Shown: positions 22,895 through 36,594 of the stretch, one piece after another
Layout: each line of letters opens with the position of its first letter
How positions within the stretch are numbered: the stretch's first letter is position 1
Source of the DNA: Podarcis tiliguerta
Taxonomy: Eukaryota
DNA length: 64,000 bases
NCBI GenBank assembly: GCA_965153285.1
Contig: OZ229111.1
Direction: 5' to 3' (one strand)
Translations under genes and position numbers: made by a program
The notes under the pieces: model-generated
What the model was told of the DNA's origin: nothing
The model's input: only the letters and a program-made list of their open reading frames with translations
The model's database searches: none

Positions 22895-23410
22895 GTCTGC
22901 CTTAGACAGATGACACTTGGAATTTTGTGTGCAATTCTGGGCACCACAATTTAAGAAGGATGTTGACAAGCTGGAACATTGCAGAGGAGGGTAACCAAGA
23001 TGATCAAGGGTATGGAAACTAATACTTAAGAGGAACGCTTGAAGGAGCTGAGTATGTTTAGCCTGGAAAAGAGGAGACAGAGGAGATATGATAGCCATCT
23101 TCAAATATCTTAAGGGCCGTCACATGGAGGAGGGAGCATGCTTGTTTTCTCCTGCTCTGGATGGTAGGACTTGAACCAATGGCTTCAAGTTGCAAGAAAG
23201 GAGATTCCGACTAAACATTCAGAAAAACTTTCTTAAAGTAAGAGCTGTTTGGCAGTGGAAGAGTCTCCCATGAGAGGTGGTGGACTCTCTTTCCTTGGAG
23301 GTTTTTAAACAGAGGTTGGATGGTCATCTGTCATGGATGCTCTAGCTGAGATTCCTGCATTGCAGGGGTATGGACTAGATGACTCTTGGGTACCTTCCAA
23401 CTAGATTCTA
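22895..23410 (+). mobile_element. CR1 LINE 3' fragment (5'-truncated, decayed)
   Basis: caattctgggcaccacaatttaagaaggatgttgacaagctggaa...agattccgactaaacatt...ttccaactagattcta, typical CR1 ORF2 end and 3' UTR. Confidence 0.85.
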
Positions 23411-23450
23411 CAAGTGCTACAAACCTAAAGAGAAACTAAGGAAGGCATAC

Positions 23451-24048
23451 CTTTTCCTTCAATTCCTGGCCCAAACACTTTGACTTGACTTGTGTCCACA
23501 GCTGGATCAACTTTGACCCGTGCAGGGAAGTTTGGCACTGGTTCTCCGCCGTATTTCATCTTGAGTGTGTACATCCCGGCAGAAAGAGGGACGTATGTAA
23601 CTGCGTAGGTTCCATCCTTGTTATCCTGAACCTCGACATCTGCCTTGGAGCCAGAATCAGACACAGCTTCCATATCCAGAGTCCCAGGCCCAGCTTCTGA
23701 GCAGTCTACGTGTAGCAAGCCTGCTTCCCCCACTTTGCCACGTTCAAGCCCAGGACCTGTGGCAACTACTTTAGAAGCGTCAAACGGCATTTCAACGTCT
23801 GCTCTGAAAGGTGAGCCAGGAATATGGACGTCTTCAAAGAGGATGTTCACAAGGTATTCACCAGGTTTCGTAGGCAGGTAGGAGACTGAGCAAGTGCCGT
23901 CCCCATTATCAGAACATTCTATCTTGGCTTCGCACGGGCCTTCGACTGTCAACCCCAGACCACCAGTTCCAGCTCCTTTGGTGTCTATTGTGAATTCAGC
24001 AGGCTTTCCAACAAGGCCTCCTTGAAGACCTGGACCATAGGCTCTCAC
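23451..24048 (-). CDS. FLNB: FLNB exon 21, 598 nt (largest exon here)
   Basis: cccag|..|gtatgc; [51 protein letters not shown]...[11 protein letters not shown]. Confidence 0.97.
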
Positions 24049-25148
24049 CTGGGAAGGACAGGAAAGTGCTGAATTAAGTATTTAGCCAGGAAGGGATCGG
24101 AGCCAGTTCTAGAGTTCTCTTATGTTAGTGGTCTGAAGTCACTAAATAGATGTATAAGAACCAAACAGTCTTTCTACTGTTCAAAGGTACTGTTATCACC
24201 ACTATCACAAGTTACTGTTATCACAAGTCAGCAAGATTTCAAGCTCAACATTTTTTTCTTCAATTTTGAAAACGTAGCGACATTGCACAACAGTTGGCCT
24301 AATTAGCATATTGCCGCCAACTTGATTCTCATTAATCTAATCTGTTTTGAAAGCAAGAGAGTTGACCCAATCAGCACAAAGGAAAACAAGAGCTAAAACG
24401 GTCCCATGTGATTTATCATTAACTTCTTCAGAAATTGCCAACATTTCTTCAACAGGAACTACGAAAGAAATAGGCCTTTTAATCCTGCCAGCTATTACAA
24501 GGCTCAACATGCATTAAAATAACGTAGAAGCTTAGATCGTTACCAAAACGCCTGACATTAATGCGTAATCACAGATGATCCAAAATAATTCTGAGTAAAT
24601 TGTAATGTCTTATATCAACTCATTGCACAATCTAACAAATTTACCAATTTGTAATATATGAGAACGCCAAGAGAGAAAACAATTAAGATCCATGGCTATT
24701 ACTGTACCTCTTTTGGAACATTTCTGAGTCCATAATGAATTTGAGGGAAATTGAATGGTGGGGGATAAATATCAATAGACTATTTGAAGGGGTAATGAAT
24801 GGGGATAGCATAAGGGCAATTTGATTTGAAGGAGGATCTGCTGGGAATCTGGGTCAAATTAACTGAAGAGGAAGTGCTCTGGGGTGATCTGAGAGGGTGT
24901 AAATTAAGTAATTTGGGTGGTTAATAAGTCTAAGTTCCTGTGAAATTTGAATTCAAATTCATGTAAGGTTAGCAAATGCACTTCTATGTCTGTGGGCCCA
25001 TGCCCCAAATTTGCGTCTAAGGGCTTCTGCTAAAAGATAATATTTGTCACACTTTTCAACAGTGTAATGCATGTACATCACAACTTGCCAAGCAATGGAA
25101 GCATCCAAATCTCACCCACCCATGTAGCAAGGGTTAGAAACAGCTTAC

Positions 25149-25411
25149 CTTGGAAGGATCTGGTGGCAGAGTGGCTTCCACAGCGTAAGGGCTTCCTGGG
25201 ACTGGATTCCCATCATAATTTACATCAACTAGATAAAGGCCCTCCTCCCGTGGGATATACTTTGCAGTGCTGCACTCTTTGCCTACTACAGGCTCCACAA
25301 GACATGGCACGGCTTGCTTGCTGGGGCTGAAGATGTTCACATCGAGTTTGCCCTGTCCACCAGCGCCTTTCGAATCAATTAGAAATTCTTGATCCTTCCC
25401 TACTTCAACTC
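25149..25411 (-). CDS. FLNB: FLNB exon 20, 263 nt
   Basis: tgaag|..|gtaagc; RVEVGKDQEFLIDSKGAGGQGKLDV...YAVEATLPPDPSK. Confidence 0.95.
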
Positions 25412-26023
25412 CTTCAGAAATGAAAGGAGACTCTGTTATGGCATGTTCTCTTTCTCTACACTGACCATAGGTCATATTCAGAACAAAATTCATACCGGCT
25501 ATCAATACAACAACATAGGGAGACTGTCCATTCCAAAATATGTACAGTTACTATTTCATTTTGCAAGCCAACCCCAGAGTTAACTCAGTAGAATGGAGAC
25601 TTGCCCTTGCAGCTCACTGGAACACACTCATTTTGAAACACATTCAGGATTTTGCTCTGTGCCAATATTACCATGAAAGGTGTGGTTTTGGGGGGGGGGG
25701 AATCAACAGAGAGCAATAGGTCACATAACGCAACATGCAGGGTGAGAACTTTTTTTAAAGGTACTCTTTTTTTATATAGGCCATTTTCATATTGCCTCAC
25801 CATAATATTGTTGTGCCATGTGAAGTCTAGAATGGAGAAGGTAGTTTAACATTTGGTTAACTGAAGGTCCAGTGCTCACTGAAGCAAAACTCTTTATTGT
25901 AGCTCAGTGTATTTCATAGTAGAACACTCCCTTCAGGAGCCTGGTCTTTCAAGTTCTTAAAATTCAAATGCACCTTCTTTAAAAGTCAATCAGCTCAAGG
26001 AATTGCTTAGAAAAGTAGTAGAA

Positions 26024-26159
26024 CAGGCATAGGCAAAGTCGGCCCTCCAGATGTTTTACGACTACAACTCCCATCATCCTTAGCTAACAGGACCAGTGGT
26101 CAGGGAAGATGGGAGTTGTAGACCCAAAACATCTGGACTGCTGAGTTTGCCTATGCCTG
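26024..26159. mobile_element. Palindromic hAT-like MITE, 136 bp
   Basis: TIR CAGGCATAGGCAAA / TTTGCCTATGCCTG; degenerate 8-bp TSD tagtagaa/tagcagag. Confidence 0.8.
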
Positions 26160-26972
26160 TAGCAGAGCAAAATTTATCATCTCCACATCTATGTTCCAGA
26201 AAGTCATCAAATGGGATCTGAAATGCTACATGATCGCCAACCTAAAATTCTGCATAACCCTCAGTCCATCCATTTTAAAAAATAAAGCATGCAACCCATG
26301 AGCAGCCCTCTGTTCATGGAATGCTGTTTCCTGTTGTGTTGTCCTGCCTCTCCACTTTACTCCTTGAACCCCAATTCCAAGGAAATACTGCAGGATGTAG
26401 CATAGAGGACTGCAGATGGGGAGTAGATGAAAATGGGAACTACCTTCCAAACTATTATCTCACTGTATCCAACCAACATTTTAGCAAGAGCAAACGTCAT
26501 ACAGAAAGGTTTGGTGAAGGGTTTAGAACCAGAAGGATTCCTGCTTCCCCATGGTTAATGGGCGGAACTCAGGAAATCTTCAACGCCTTACTTTTTTTTC
26601 TCCTTACCCCACATTTTGGGCATTGAACGGGACTTATCCAAGGAAAGTCCTAGGTCAATGCTGGCCTTTAAGCTCGCAACTTCTTTTATTGCCAATACAG
26701 GCAGAATTCTCGCTTCGAGTACTTGCCTTAAATGGGCTGCTCTTTCCAGAGCAGAGAATGGCCAATTTCAATTTAACAGCGAGAACATATACATACACCC
26801 TTCTCCACCCAAAATTCTCAGGTCTGAACAAACTCAGAAGTTCTACGCAACACACAAAACAGTGATATCTGTCAATTCAGGTGTCTACTGGCATCTTGAC
26901 CTCCATTCCAGATATGTTTATTCTGTATACGAGTTAAAAAAAAGAAAAGCTCACATTACTTAAGTTACTTAC

Positions 26973-27090
26973 TGTTTTCCAGGCCATTAACTTTAATTTT
27001 GCTTAGGTCAAGCGGAGCAGCAACACCTACAGTGAAAGGACTCCTGGGGATGGGATCACCACCATAGCTCACTTGAACATTCATGCTACC
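26973..27090 (-). CDS. FLNB: FLNB exon 19, 118 nt
   Basis: tctag|..|gtaagt; [39 protein letters not shown]. Confidence 0.95.
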
Positions 27091-27765
27091 CTAGAGAGAT
27101 TGGACAGATTGGAAAACGTAGTTTCTTATTTCAATATTTGCTACAAGCCAGAAACTACAGCAGCAGAGTCTGACATACAACTGCCCCCTAATACTTCATC
27201 ATGCATATCTTCAGACACCAGGAAGCAAAAGCTTATCCCAAACCTCCAGAGTTCTACTCAAAATTGTTCGGCAGTATATACAAGCAAAGTTGTAGAGGCA
27301 AGTAAATAACTGGTAGGAGAAATTCCAATTGGTAGCGGAAACAAGTTTTGTGCAGATGCAGCCTTGGCATTAAGCTTTTAGAAGTTCTGCATTTAAAGGC
27401 TAAAATACTACTATGTTTTTACTAGGATATCAAGATGCTCTGCCCTGTTATAGATGAAAGCCTGTGCCCAGTCTTGCCCTATAAGGACCCGTATTTTGCT
27501 AGCTTCACTCTTAAGCCTACTGTGTTTCAAACTAATCTATTTTCTACAAATTTCAGCAAAATACAAGTTTTTGAACCAAGGATACTGTAAATCAGTTAAC
27601 TACAGTTAATCTGCAAGGGCTTAATACTAGGCAAAACATCAGAAATAACACGACGACTACTCTGCAGGTTAAGGTTTACTGTTTTACCCTTCTTATAGAT
27701 GTGTAAAAATACTGTTGAGGGTCCTCTACAGTTTTATTTTATTTTATTTCTATACCACCCTATAA

Positions 27766-28128
27766 GGATGCAGGTGGCGCTGTGGTCTAAACCACTGAGC
27801 CTAGGGCTTGCCGATCGGAAGATCAGCGGTTTGAATCCCCGTGACGGGGTGAGCTCCCATTGCTTGGTCCCTGCTACTGCCAACCTAGCAGTTCGAAAGC
27901 ACGTCAAAGTGCAAGTAGATAAATAGGTACCACTCTGGCGGGAAGGTAAACGGCGTTTCCGTGCACTGCTCTGGTTTTGCCAGAAGCGGCTTAGTCATGC
28001 TGGCTACATGACCCGGAAAAACTGTCTGTGGACAAACGTCGGCTCCCTCGGCCAGTAAAGCGAAATGAGCGCCGCAACCCCAGAGTCGTTCGCGACTGGA
28101 CTTAACTGTCAGGGGTCCTTTGCCTTTT
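27766..28128 (+). mobile_element. Sauria/Squam1-type SINE, full length
   Basis: GGATGCAGGTGGCGCTGTGGTCTAAACC...GGGGTCCTTTGCCTTT; about 15-bp TSD tataccaccctataa / tatactgccctataa. Confidence 0.88.
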
Positions 28129-30723
28129 TATACTGCCCTATAACTGAAGGTCTCAGGTCAGTTCACATTAAAAATCACTTACATAAAATCAAAACAAAAA
28201 CCAGATTCTGCCCCCCCCCCCAAAAAAAGAGGAAGCAATTTAAAAAGGGTATAGGATGTCAGGTCAGGCAAAGGCCTGGTTGAAGAGGAATGTTTTTGTC
28301 TGGTGCCTAAAGATGTATAGTGACGGTGCCTGGCGAACTTCCCTGGGGAGAGCATTCCACAGACAGGAAGCCACTGCAGAGAGGGCCCATACCCTCCTGA
28401 CCTCCACATGGATGTCTACACTGTGTATAATGTGGATATGTATACTCCGAAGTCCTTAACTATCAAATTTATAATCTACAAATCAGAGATACAGGGGGGG
28501 GGGGAGCCACTAATGAAAATGTAAGGAATCTTCAGTTGATAAAACTGGCAAAGGGTGGTTTTATATATCAACTCCAATAGTTTAAACCTAACAGACCAAG
28601 CCCATTCAAAATCCAACATTCTGTATGTAAGGTATTTCCAATAATATCAAAACAGGCCACCTATATGTTGGCTGCAACCTACTTTCCCAGTTTCCCATTC
28701 GTCTGTTACAGTCTGAGCTGCACCTATTAACACCACAAGACAGACGGTCAACTTCACTTTTGATTCTGTAAAACAGCTAAATTAGGTGCCAAGAAACGAA
28801 GCATTTGCTGCCTAGAAACTGCCATGCATTCGTCTGCAATGTTCCCATATGGGCACAAGATTAACGCATCCAGAATCTTCAGCCTCCCTTTGTTCATTTG
28901 CTGTAGAACACTAATAAATTTGAAGGAACAGAGGCTGGCTATAGAGAAGAGACTTTGAAATTCAGATTTTTCAGTTAAGCTAGTTGGGCACGGGCCAGCA
29001 AAGCATAGCATGTTAACTCCCTGTGACTAAGGTGCATATAATGCGGCAGTTCTGGAAATTAATCCCTTGGATAAGGCATTTGGGAATGGAAGTTACATTT
29101 TCACAGGGCCCGGAGCAGTTTAATGTTTGATAAGTAGTATTTGTCACTGCTATGTTTACAGACTGACAGAGCAAAAGAACAGACTGCAATGTTTGCTTAC
29201 TCCACCCCTTATTCACTTTAACCAGCTCGCTCTCCCCTTCCCCCTCCAGAACCTCTATCAACGTTTGCTTCAAAAATGCAATGTACATATGGTGCAGTGT
29301 TCAAATATGGCAGTATTTCTCAACAGTGCCACCACCTACTATAATTTTCAACCCCTGACAGAATGCTGGCAGAATGCCAGCGTTCAGTTTCCTGAGTTTA
29401 CCTCTGCTTCCTTTATCTAAGCTGGGAGCCCATGGGCCAAATATTCTACACTGTACCCAGAAAGCGAGTCGCATTTTTTAATGCTCTCCATGCAGAAGAG
29501 GTTCCCTGCACAAAATAATTCAGCATCACCTGTGAGCTAAGGTCCAGTGTAGTCTTCTAAATCTGCTAGTTTATGACACACAACATGGATAACTTTAAAG
29601 GACGATGAAGCTATTCTTGGCCGCTAGCCGCAATGGCTAGGTACTGCCTACACTGTCAAAGTAATCATGCTTCTGAATACCAGCTGCTAGAAATCTCAAT
29701 TGTGGAAAGTGCTGTTGTACTCAAGTCCTACTTGCGGCTACTGTGAGAACAGGATGTTGGACGAAACGGGCCTTTGGCCTGAACCAGCAGGGATGTTCTT
29801 GGGACACGCGAGGAACTTTTTATGCAAAGAAGCATTTACAAACAAAGCTCTATGCAAATGGGTAGAAACCACAATTCTACAATTCTGTAAGGATTCAAGC
29901 GTAAAATGGCTTAGCTGTCATCCGTGTGTATCTTGGATTTGGTAAGCATAGGAAAAAATTAGTACTTTCTGAGGTGTAAGCAAGCCAAGAACAGTTAACT
30001 GGCCTCCAAAGAACACATTCAACAAGCGTCAGCCATATTTTGAAGACAGTCCCTCAAATGCACCCCACCACTTGCAAGCTTGCTGCAAGTTGCTGGAGGA
30101 TAGTACACAGCACCACTGTTTTCCGAAGTCATAAACTCCAGTTCTATTTACACCAGCCAGTGTCACGAGCGGCATGCCAAAGAGAAAGCTGGCATTGAAG
30201 TTTCTGCTACCAAGATCCAACTAAAACAGAAGCCTATAGAACCCAGCTACTCCAAATTATGGACACCTAAAAGTTGCACAAAATACCCAAAGGATCATCT
30301 CAGCATGAAAATGAACATGGCTTAGATGAAAGACCACCTGTATCAATGGACCAATACAGAAACCAGTGTCTGCTCTGCTCAGGATTACAAGAAGAGTCAT
30401 ATAAGGATGTTAAAGATCCAATCCAGAATGACCTGCTGGGTTTTCCAGTTTTGTTTTACTGCTTGCCTGAAGGAGATGTACAAGGACCAACAGAAACACC
30501 ACTCGCCAGAAGCACACAGCAGTCACTATACTTAAACTACTAGGGGCAAAAATGAAAGTTGCAGCTGGTAACATAATTCTGAACATAAAGTGATAGTTCA
30601 GCCAAACCATCCCTGGGAGAGGAGATCACGGTCTCCTCCTCTGGTCCTGCTCCTATCATGCTGCCTGGGGCTAAGCCATGAGACAGAAGAGATCACACTA
30701 ATACCTCTTATAGGAAATCCTAC

Positions 30724-30893
30724 CTGCTGTACTGGAGTGTATCTTACGGTGTGTGAATAATCATAGTTGTCAATTATGTCCAAATCTTTGACAGCATCTC
30801 CCGCCATCGGTCCACTGAACTGAACATCCAGAGGGGCTTTTCCAGCACCTTTTGTGAACACGGTGAAATGTGTTGGCTTCCCATTTTCCACAC
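30724..30893 (-). CDS. FLNB: FLNB exon 18, 170 nt
   Basis: cttag|..|gtagga; [28 protein letters not shown]...[12 protein letters not shown]. Confidence 0.95.
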
Positions 30894-31358
30894 CTAAGTA
30901 GGAGAAAAAGTAGAATTTATCATCACCCGCTTAAGGGATATTCAGAAAGAAGGTGTGCCATGCTTTCTTTTTCTTTTAACAGAATGAAGACGCCAGGCTA
31001 ATACCAAACTGAACTCTTTGTGATTTAAGTTTTTTTTCTATCAATGGACTGATCTCTCCTAAATGCAGAATTGTATAGGTGTGATACAACAGTGTCCTAG
31101 TGGATTTCCCCTTCCTTCTCCTTCCCACTGCAGTCCCCTAAGGCTAAAGAACACATTTTGGATTTGGACACATGCAGGGAGCTGCGAGGGAGGAGAGGAA
31201 AAGGAAGTCCCTTCTCCTTAAGTGGGAGTCCATTGCACAAGGAATATGCGCAATCTGGGTATTGCTCTGTTTTAATATGAAGACAAAGGAAACAAGCAAA
31301 CAGCTATCATGACAGCCCCCCAATCTTCCACACTCACCAAGTTACGGTGAACTCTCAC

Positions 31359-31449
31359 CTGTTTTACTTAGTCCAGGCCCTTCAGCCTTCACCTTGCTTG
31401 CATCATGTGATGGTTCCACTTTCACTCTGAAAGGGCTTGTAGGGATTTC
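31359..31449 (-). CDS. FLNB: FLNB exon 17, 91 nt
   Basis: tgaag|..|gtgaga; [30 protein letters not shown]. Confidence 0.95.
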
Positions 31450-32350
31450 CTTCAAGACAAAAAAATAAATAAAGCTTTGTTGCAATGTAAGTTTTCTTTC
31501 CAAGTAAGAAAATACAAAAGAACTAGCTCATGAGACACCCGGGGCATCTTTCCAAAATGTGTATCTTCAAACATACACCAGACTGTGAAGCTATTGCTTT
31601 CCTTCTATTTAAAACAAAGAATACCAAAATAAAATCAACTTTTTGTGGCAGAGACCACCTTAAGTAATCAACTCTTTGTGTGTACTCCAGAAACCCCAAT
31701 ATTAATCTAATCTTCTGCTCCAGAAGGTCAAAAGGCAAATGTTGATCCTGCTTAGACCACCTTTGGCCTAAATGCACATATCATGGAACATTTCAAGTGG
31801 TCATTCAAGCAAATGCCATACAGTGCCATACAGAGAGGAAGTGATGCTTTGCATGGTACCTTTTCTGCCATTGGTTTAACAAGCATTCCTATTTCTTGGT
31901 GTGTGCCTTTTAGAAGTGCCCTAAATTTTTATTTAACTGATGCTAAATCAGTTCCGACTACAATCAGTCCTTGGTCACAGAGCAAGAAAACATCAAATTT
32001 ATTATCCATTTTTGTATTATCTGTGCATTAAACAAGTTTCATTTCTAAAGAGCAAGCACTGAATTTCATTTTGCTCTTCAAATATTAGTGACAACTGGAA
32101 ATCAAGAGCCCATTAAGTGGTTTTTATCTGCTACAACCATCTCTATATATTATCAGATACGTTTTCATAACTGCTGTTCTTCGTCATAAACCACCCTGAG
32201 GACCTTCAGGTGTGAACCCTTGTGAGACGTAAACAGAGCTTAAAAATAAATCAGTCATACAATAATGTCATACATACAGAAGCTTCAGCTACTCAGAGAG
32301 CAATATAAAATGGCATCTCAACTCCCCCCTCCACCATCTTAACTGCATAC

Positions 32351-32511
32351 CTCTCCAGCAAACAGCACTTTGACAGTGTAGCGCCCAGCTGCAGGGGGGG
32401 TGTATTTAACTGTGAATGTATCATTAGCATTATGTATGATGCCAAAGTCTATGTCCTGCTCTTCTTCACTCAATACGTGAGCATCACATTTAATGCCCAC
32501 ACTGACATCAC
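32351..32511 (-). CDS. FLNB: FLNB exon 16, 161 nt
   Basis: cctag|..|gtatgc; [54 protein letters not shown]. Confidence 0.95.
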
Positions 32512-32855
32512 CTAGGAAGAAAACAAAAGTATCAATTTGTTAGTAAAATGACTTCACAATTGCTCCCTTGTATCAGTAGTTGTGGCTTGACACCCAGTAT
32601 GGAGAACACTATGCCCTCCAGATGTTGTTGAACTCCCAACTACCCCTGGCCATTGGTCATGTTTGCTAAAGCTGATAAGATGTTGCTAAAATGCAACTCC
32701 TGACAGCCCAAGGCTCTCTACTCCTGCTTAACACATTTACACATACTTAACAGCTTTGTCAGCCACTTCCATTAGCACATTTCTTTCTAGAACAGTTCCA
32801 CTGGAACAGCAGCAAATAGAGCTTAGGATAACTGTGTTAGTGATTCTGGTTTTAC

Positions 32856-32979
32856 CTTCTCCTGCCTCTGTGCAGTCTACTGTGAAGTGAGTAGGTTCAT
32901 TGGCTTTCAGACCAGTTCGCTCCACCCCGGGTCCAATAACTTTCACCTTCTGGGGATGACTGCCTTGCCCAATCTGGAC
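32856..32979 (-). CDS. FLNB: FLNB exon 15, 124 nt
   Basis: cctag|..|gtaaaa; [41 protein letters not shown]. Confidence 0.95.
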
Positions 32980-33259
32980 CTAGGGGGGAACATTTCATCA
33001 AATCAAAGGAGGAACCACTTTGATTACAACATTTGTATGCCACTCCATAAAAGGGAAGGCTTACAGTAAGTATTCGACAATGTGGAGACAAAATAAAATC
33101 ATGAACAGGGACCTGAATACAAGATAACAAAACCTGTGGCAACCCCAAAGTTAAAAATGTATTTAAGAACTGAGAGGACCAGAAAACATGTGTATTTCTG
33201 AATCTGCTTTATTTTATGGCCATAACTTTTCCTAATCTCATTTACATCTTTAATGGTGC

Positions 33260-33560
33260 ATTATTAATTTTATTATTATTGTCATTATTATTATTATTAT
33301 TGTTATTATTTCAATTTATATACCACACTTTATCAAAAGATCCTAGGACAGTGCACAACGTTAAGAACACATTTTACAGAGCATAATTATAAAAGCTTAA
33401 TAAAAAGCATAATGACAAACAGCATAATAATAAAATAGTCATAACAACAGTTTTCCCCACCCAAGCTTTAACAGACCATAGATTGTTTAATGGCCAAAGG
33501 CCTCGGTAAACAGGAATATTTTTGCCTGGCACATAAACTATGTGCGACGATGGCACAAAG
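33260..33560 (-). mobile_element. (ATT)n tail plus LINE (L2-like) 3' fragment
   Basis: attattattatt run then tttatataccacac...; reverse complement resembles the 10390-10855 element (catagattgtttaa / ttaaacaatctatg). Confidence 0.55.
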
Positions 33561-34039
33561 CGACTGAACTTTTGGTTACAACAGTGGTGGAGAACATCCA
33601 AATCAGACCCACCAGGCTTCTCCATTTGGCCTACAAGACCATTTTGGCCTAAACAAAACAGACCTGCTCTACAGCCTCATATGTCGAGGGTGCTCGGGGA
33701 ATAGGGCTGAAACAGAATTTTCAGGCACTGCTCAGCAGCAGCAGCAAAACTCTGTTGCGTCTTGCAAGCACATTTTTCTTTTAAAGAAACTGGTCACCTG
33801 GTATCAGGTGACTGACAGGCGTGTGGCAGCACCCACTTGTCAAACTTGGCCTGCAAGCAGGTAAGGGAGATAAAGATCCAGCCTGCCAGATGGATCCAGT
33901 TTTCCACCTCTGGGCTTAGTGTAATACTCCCAACTAAATGCCAGTTAACATAAGCAAGGGTTTGTGCATAAGACACGGTAAGACATGCTACAACTGGAGG
34001 ATAAAGAGCTGCAGCTATTGAGCTGCTTTTAAAACTTAC

Positions 34040-34183
34040 CCTGTAAGGACTATTGGGCACATTGGCTCCTCCCCAAGTAAGAGCAAGTGTGTGCTTGATT
34101 GGTTTTGTTGGATTGTAAGAGCAGGCATAGATACCATCCGGCTTGCTTTTCATTTGGATGTCAATAGGATTCCCTTCTGCATC
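34040..34183 (-). CDS. FLNB: FLNB exon 14, 144 nt
   Basis: aacag|..|gtaagt; DAEGNPIDIQMKSKPDGIYACSYNPTKPIKHTLALTWGGANVPNSPYR. Confidence 0.95.
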
Positions 34184-34985
34184 CTGTTAAAAAAAAAAAG
34201 GAAGAACGTAGATCCTCTTAAGAGGGGCGACTTACAGACCGACATGGTTTTGGAATCCTATCACTGCTAGTTTACCACAAATGATGGCAAGTCAAGAGTC
34301 TTTAGTGCAAGCTAACTGGTCAGCATTTAAGACTTCCATGCAGAACATCTTCCAATACCTTGTGGCACCGTATGTTCTGACGGTACATAGAATGTATAAA
34401 CCTTTGCAGGCAAGAACGCAACAGAGGTATAGAGGAGGAGGAAGTGTTTTGATTACCTTCTCATCTACAGTATTGGTAAGTGATGGAAGCCCTTCCTGCT
34501 TTCTCTTCACTGCCACCAGGTAAAGAGCCATAAAACTTGCTCCACTTTAATCCTATAGGCTATAGCTAGATTTCACAGAGCAGGCAGATTGTAATATCAG
34601 CCACTCCCACTTAGGACCAAATTCACATTAACAAGTGTTGCTAGAACCACGTACCAGCAACCACCTGGGTAACATGGACAAGCTGACAAGACCAATAGTG
34701 CAATTCTTTCCTATCAAGGAATTAACCTGATCCTGTATCTTATAAGGACTTGGGCTCAGGGCATATTCACACTCGCCAATATGGCAAGTGCCAGGACTAG
34801 GCTAATGGCCCTTCAAGTCCAGCATCCTGTGATGCCTGTCTGTGGCCATATGGCATCTTAAGTATTTCTGCCCGTCAGACTAATACCCTTAAGAAGAAAA
34901 CTCCCAACTTCTCAACACAATTCCAAGGCTCCAGTTCCAGATGACTTAGTGAGAAGCAAATGCAGTCTGGAACTCTGAACCTTAC

Positions 34986-35099
34986 CTGCGCATAGATCCT
35001 CAGAGGGGCACTCCCAGCTTCCTTTGTGTCAACTGTAAACTCTGCAGGGTTGTTCACAATGCAGCCAGTCCGCTCCAGCCCTGGACCGTAAGCTTTTAC
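34986..35099 (-). CDS. FLNB: FLNB exon 13, 114 nt
   Basis: cttag|..|gtaagg; [38 protein letters not shown]. Confidence 0.95.
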
Positions 35100-35503
35100 C
35101 TAAGAAAGATCAGCAGAAACATAAGAGAATATGTCAACATACCTTTACAGGTTGTTAATACCTCAGGCTACAATGCCCAAAGTTTGTTCGAGTGAGATAC
35201 CTGGATATACCTTGCATGTCACTGCTAAAATAAGCAGTTTTCCACTTGATGTTCTTGGGAACATCTCACAATGCAAAGCATACATGCACCAGTGCCTAAA
35301 TTTGCAATGGTCCTCAATGGAAGGAGTTTCTCCTGTAATGAACTTCTAACCTGGGACAGACTCATATCTGGTGTTGCTGTGGGTTTCCTTTAAATTGGGG
35401 CTAAATCCTGACCCTGAATACCATCTAGCACAGCTTATACAGAAGGCTGACAGATTAATAGCTTTTTTTTTTTTTTTTAAGAGGCAGCTCCTCAGATACT
35501 TGC

Positions 35504-35697
35504 CTTGTCAGAGTTGAAGCCTGGAGAAGCAGGCTGGATGAACGCCATGTAGGGGCTGTCTTTGATATCTTCGTCATCACACATGATGTGAACGGCATAT
35601 TCACCAGGCTCTTTGGGCCAGTATTTCACATCGCACGAGCCATCGTTCTGATCATCACATTCAATTTTGGCTTGAGATGGGCCTTCAATGGCAAAGC
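35504..35697 (-). CDS. FLNB: FLNB exon 12, 194 nt, ends at a GC donor
   Basis: tttag|..AAG|gcaagt; [65 protein letters not shown]; only the GC donor keeps frame with exon 13. Confidence 0.93.
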
Positions 35698-35943
35698 CTA
35701 AAAGAAGCAAACATGTTAGCAGTGCTGTTAAGAGATGCCATGCTTTAGCTAGTAGGACTCAAAGACCTTGGGTTGCCTGTTCAAAACCATTTTTTAAATC
35801 CACAGCATTAAAGCCTGTTAAGCAGGTTTTGTTTGAGGTAACCCTTACGTGAACTGAAACCATCTATTGCAAAGCAAACCAGAAAACTCACTGCAGTTAC
35901 TGTGCTTCAGGGGCCGTGTGCTGAATTTCTCATCACTTTTGTC

Positions 35944-36112
35944 AGAAGCCAGTTTAGTGTTGTGGTTAGAGTGCTGGACTGGGTGGCCTTGGGGCTAGTC
36001 AAAGTCTCTCAGCCTCACAGGGTTGTTGTGAAGTTAAAGTGGGGTGAAAGTGGGACAAAGAATAATGTGTGCCAACTTGAGCTTCTAGGAGGAAAAAATG
36101 GCTTATACTAAT
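35944..36112 (+). mobile_element. Old tRNA-derived (MIR/CORE-like) SINE, internally deleted
   Basis: gccagtttagtgttgtggttagagtgctggact...ctcagcctcacagggttgttgtgaag. Confidence 0.55.
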
Positions 36113-36457
36113 TAATTTTAAAAGTCCATCCCCTTGGGTGTTATAGCACTGGGGCCTGGTGAAAGGCAGGGTCAATAATGAAGTTACCAGAGACATTGTA
36201 ACCTTCACAAAACCCATGAGAAGCAAAGGCATCAGCCAACATTTACTGCCTGTCATGCTAAAACTGGGTGGAGGACAGTGTCATCATTGTTCTTGTCAGA
36301 AGTGCTATACAAACCAATTTCTTTTAAATCCAATTGGATGTGGTTCCACACCCACTGCAATGTGATGTTGAGAGACTTTCTCCATGTGAAGTTAGCTAGG
36401 CATCACGTAAATGCAATAACCATTTAGCAAAGCAGGGCAAGCCAGGCAAGTTCTTAC

Positions 36458-36594
36458 CTAAGGATCCAACTTCTGGGCCAATGGATTCTACCACAAAGTC
36501 GGCAGATTTACCAACAACGCCTTCATGAAGGCCTGGCCCCCAGGCTCTTACTTTCTGAGGACCAGGTTCAGGGCCTACTTGAACTTCAAATGGG
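36458..36594 (-). CDS. FLNB: FLNB exon 11, 137 nt
   Basis: catag|..|gtaaga; [46 protein letters not shown]. Confidence 0.95.

Noticed and set aside
30274-30543. 89-aa plus-strand ORF antisense to FLNB
   Set aside because: Non-ATG start, no recognisable homology or exon structure.
35500-35697. Exon 12 ending at the canonical GT 4 nt further on (gtatct), or a U12-type donor
   Set aside because: It gives a 198-nt exon that breaks frame with exon 13, and it does not match the U12 consensus GTATCCTT.
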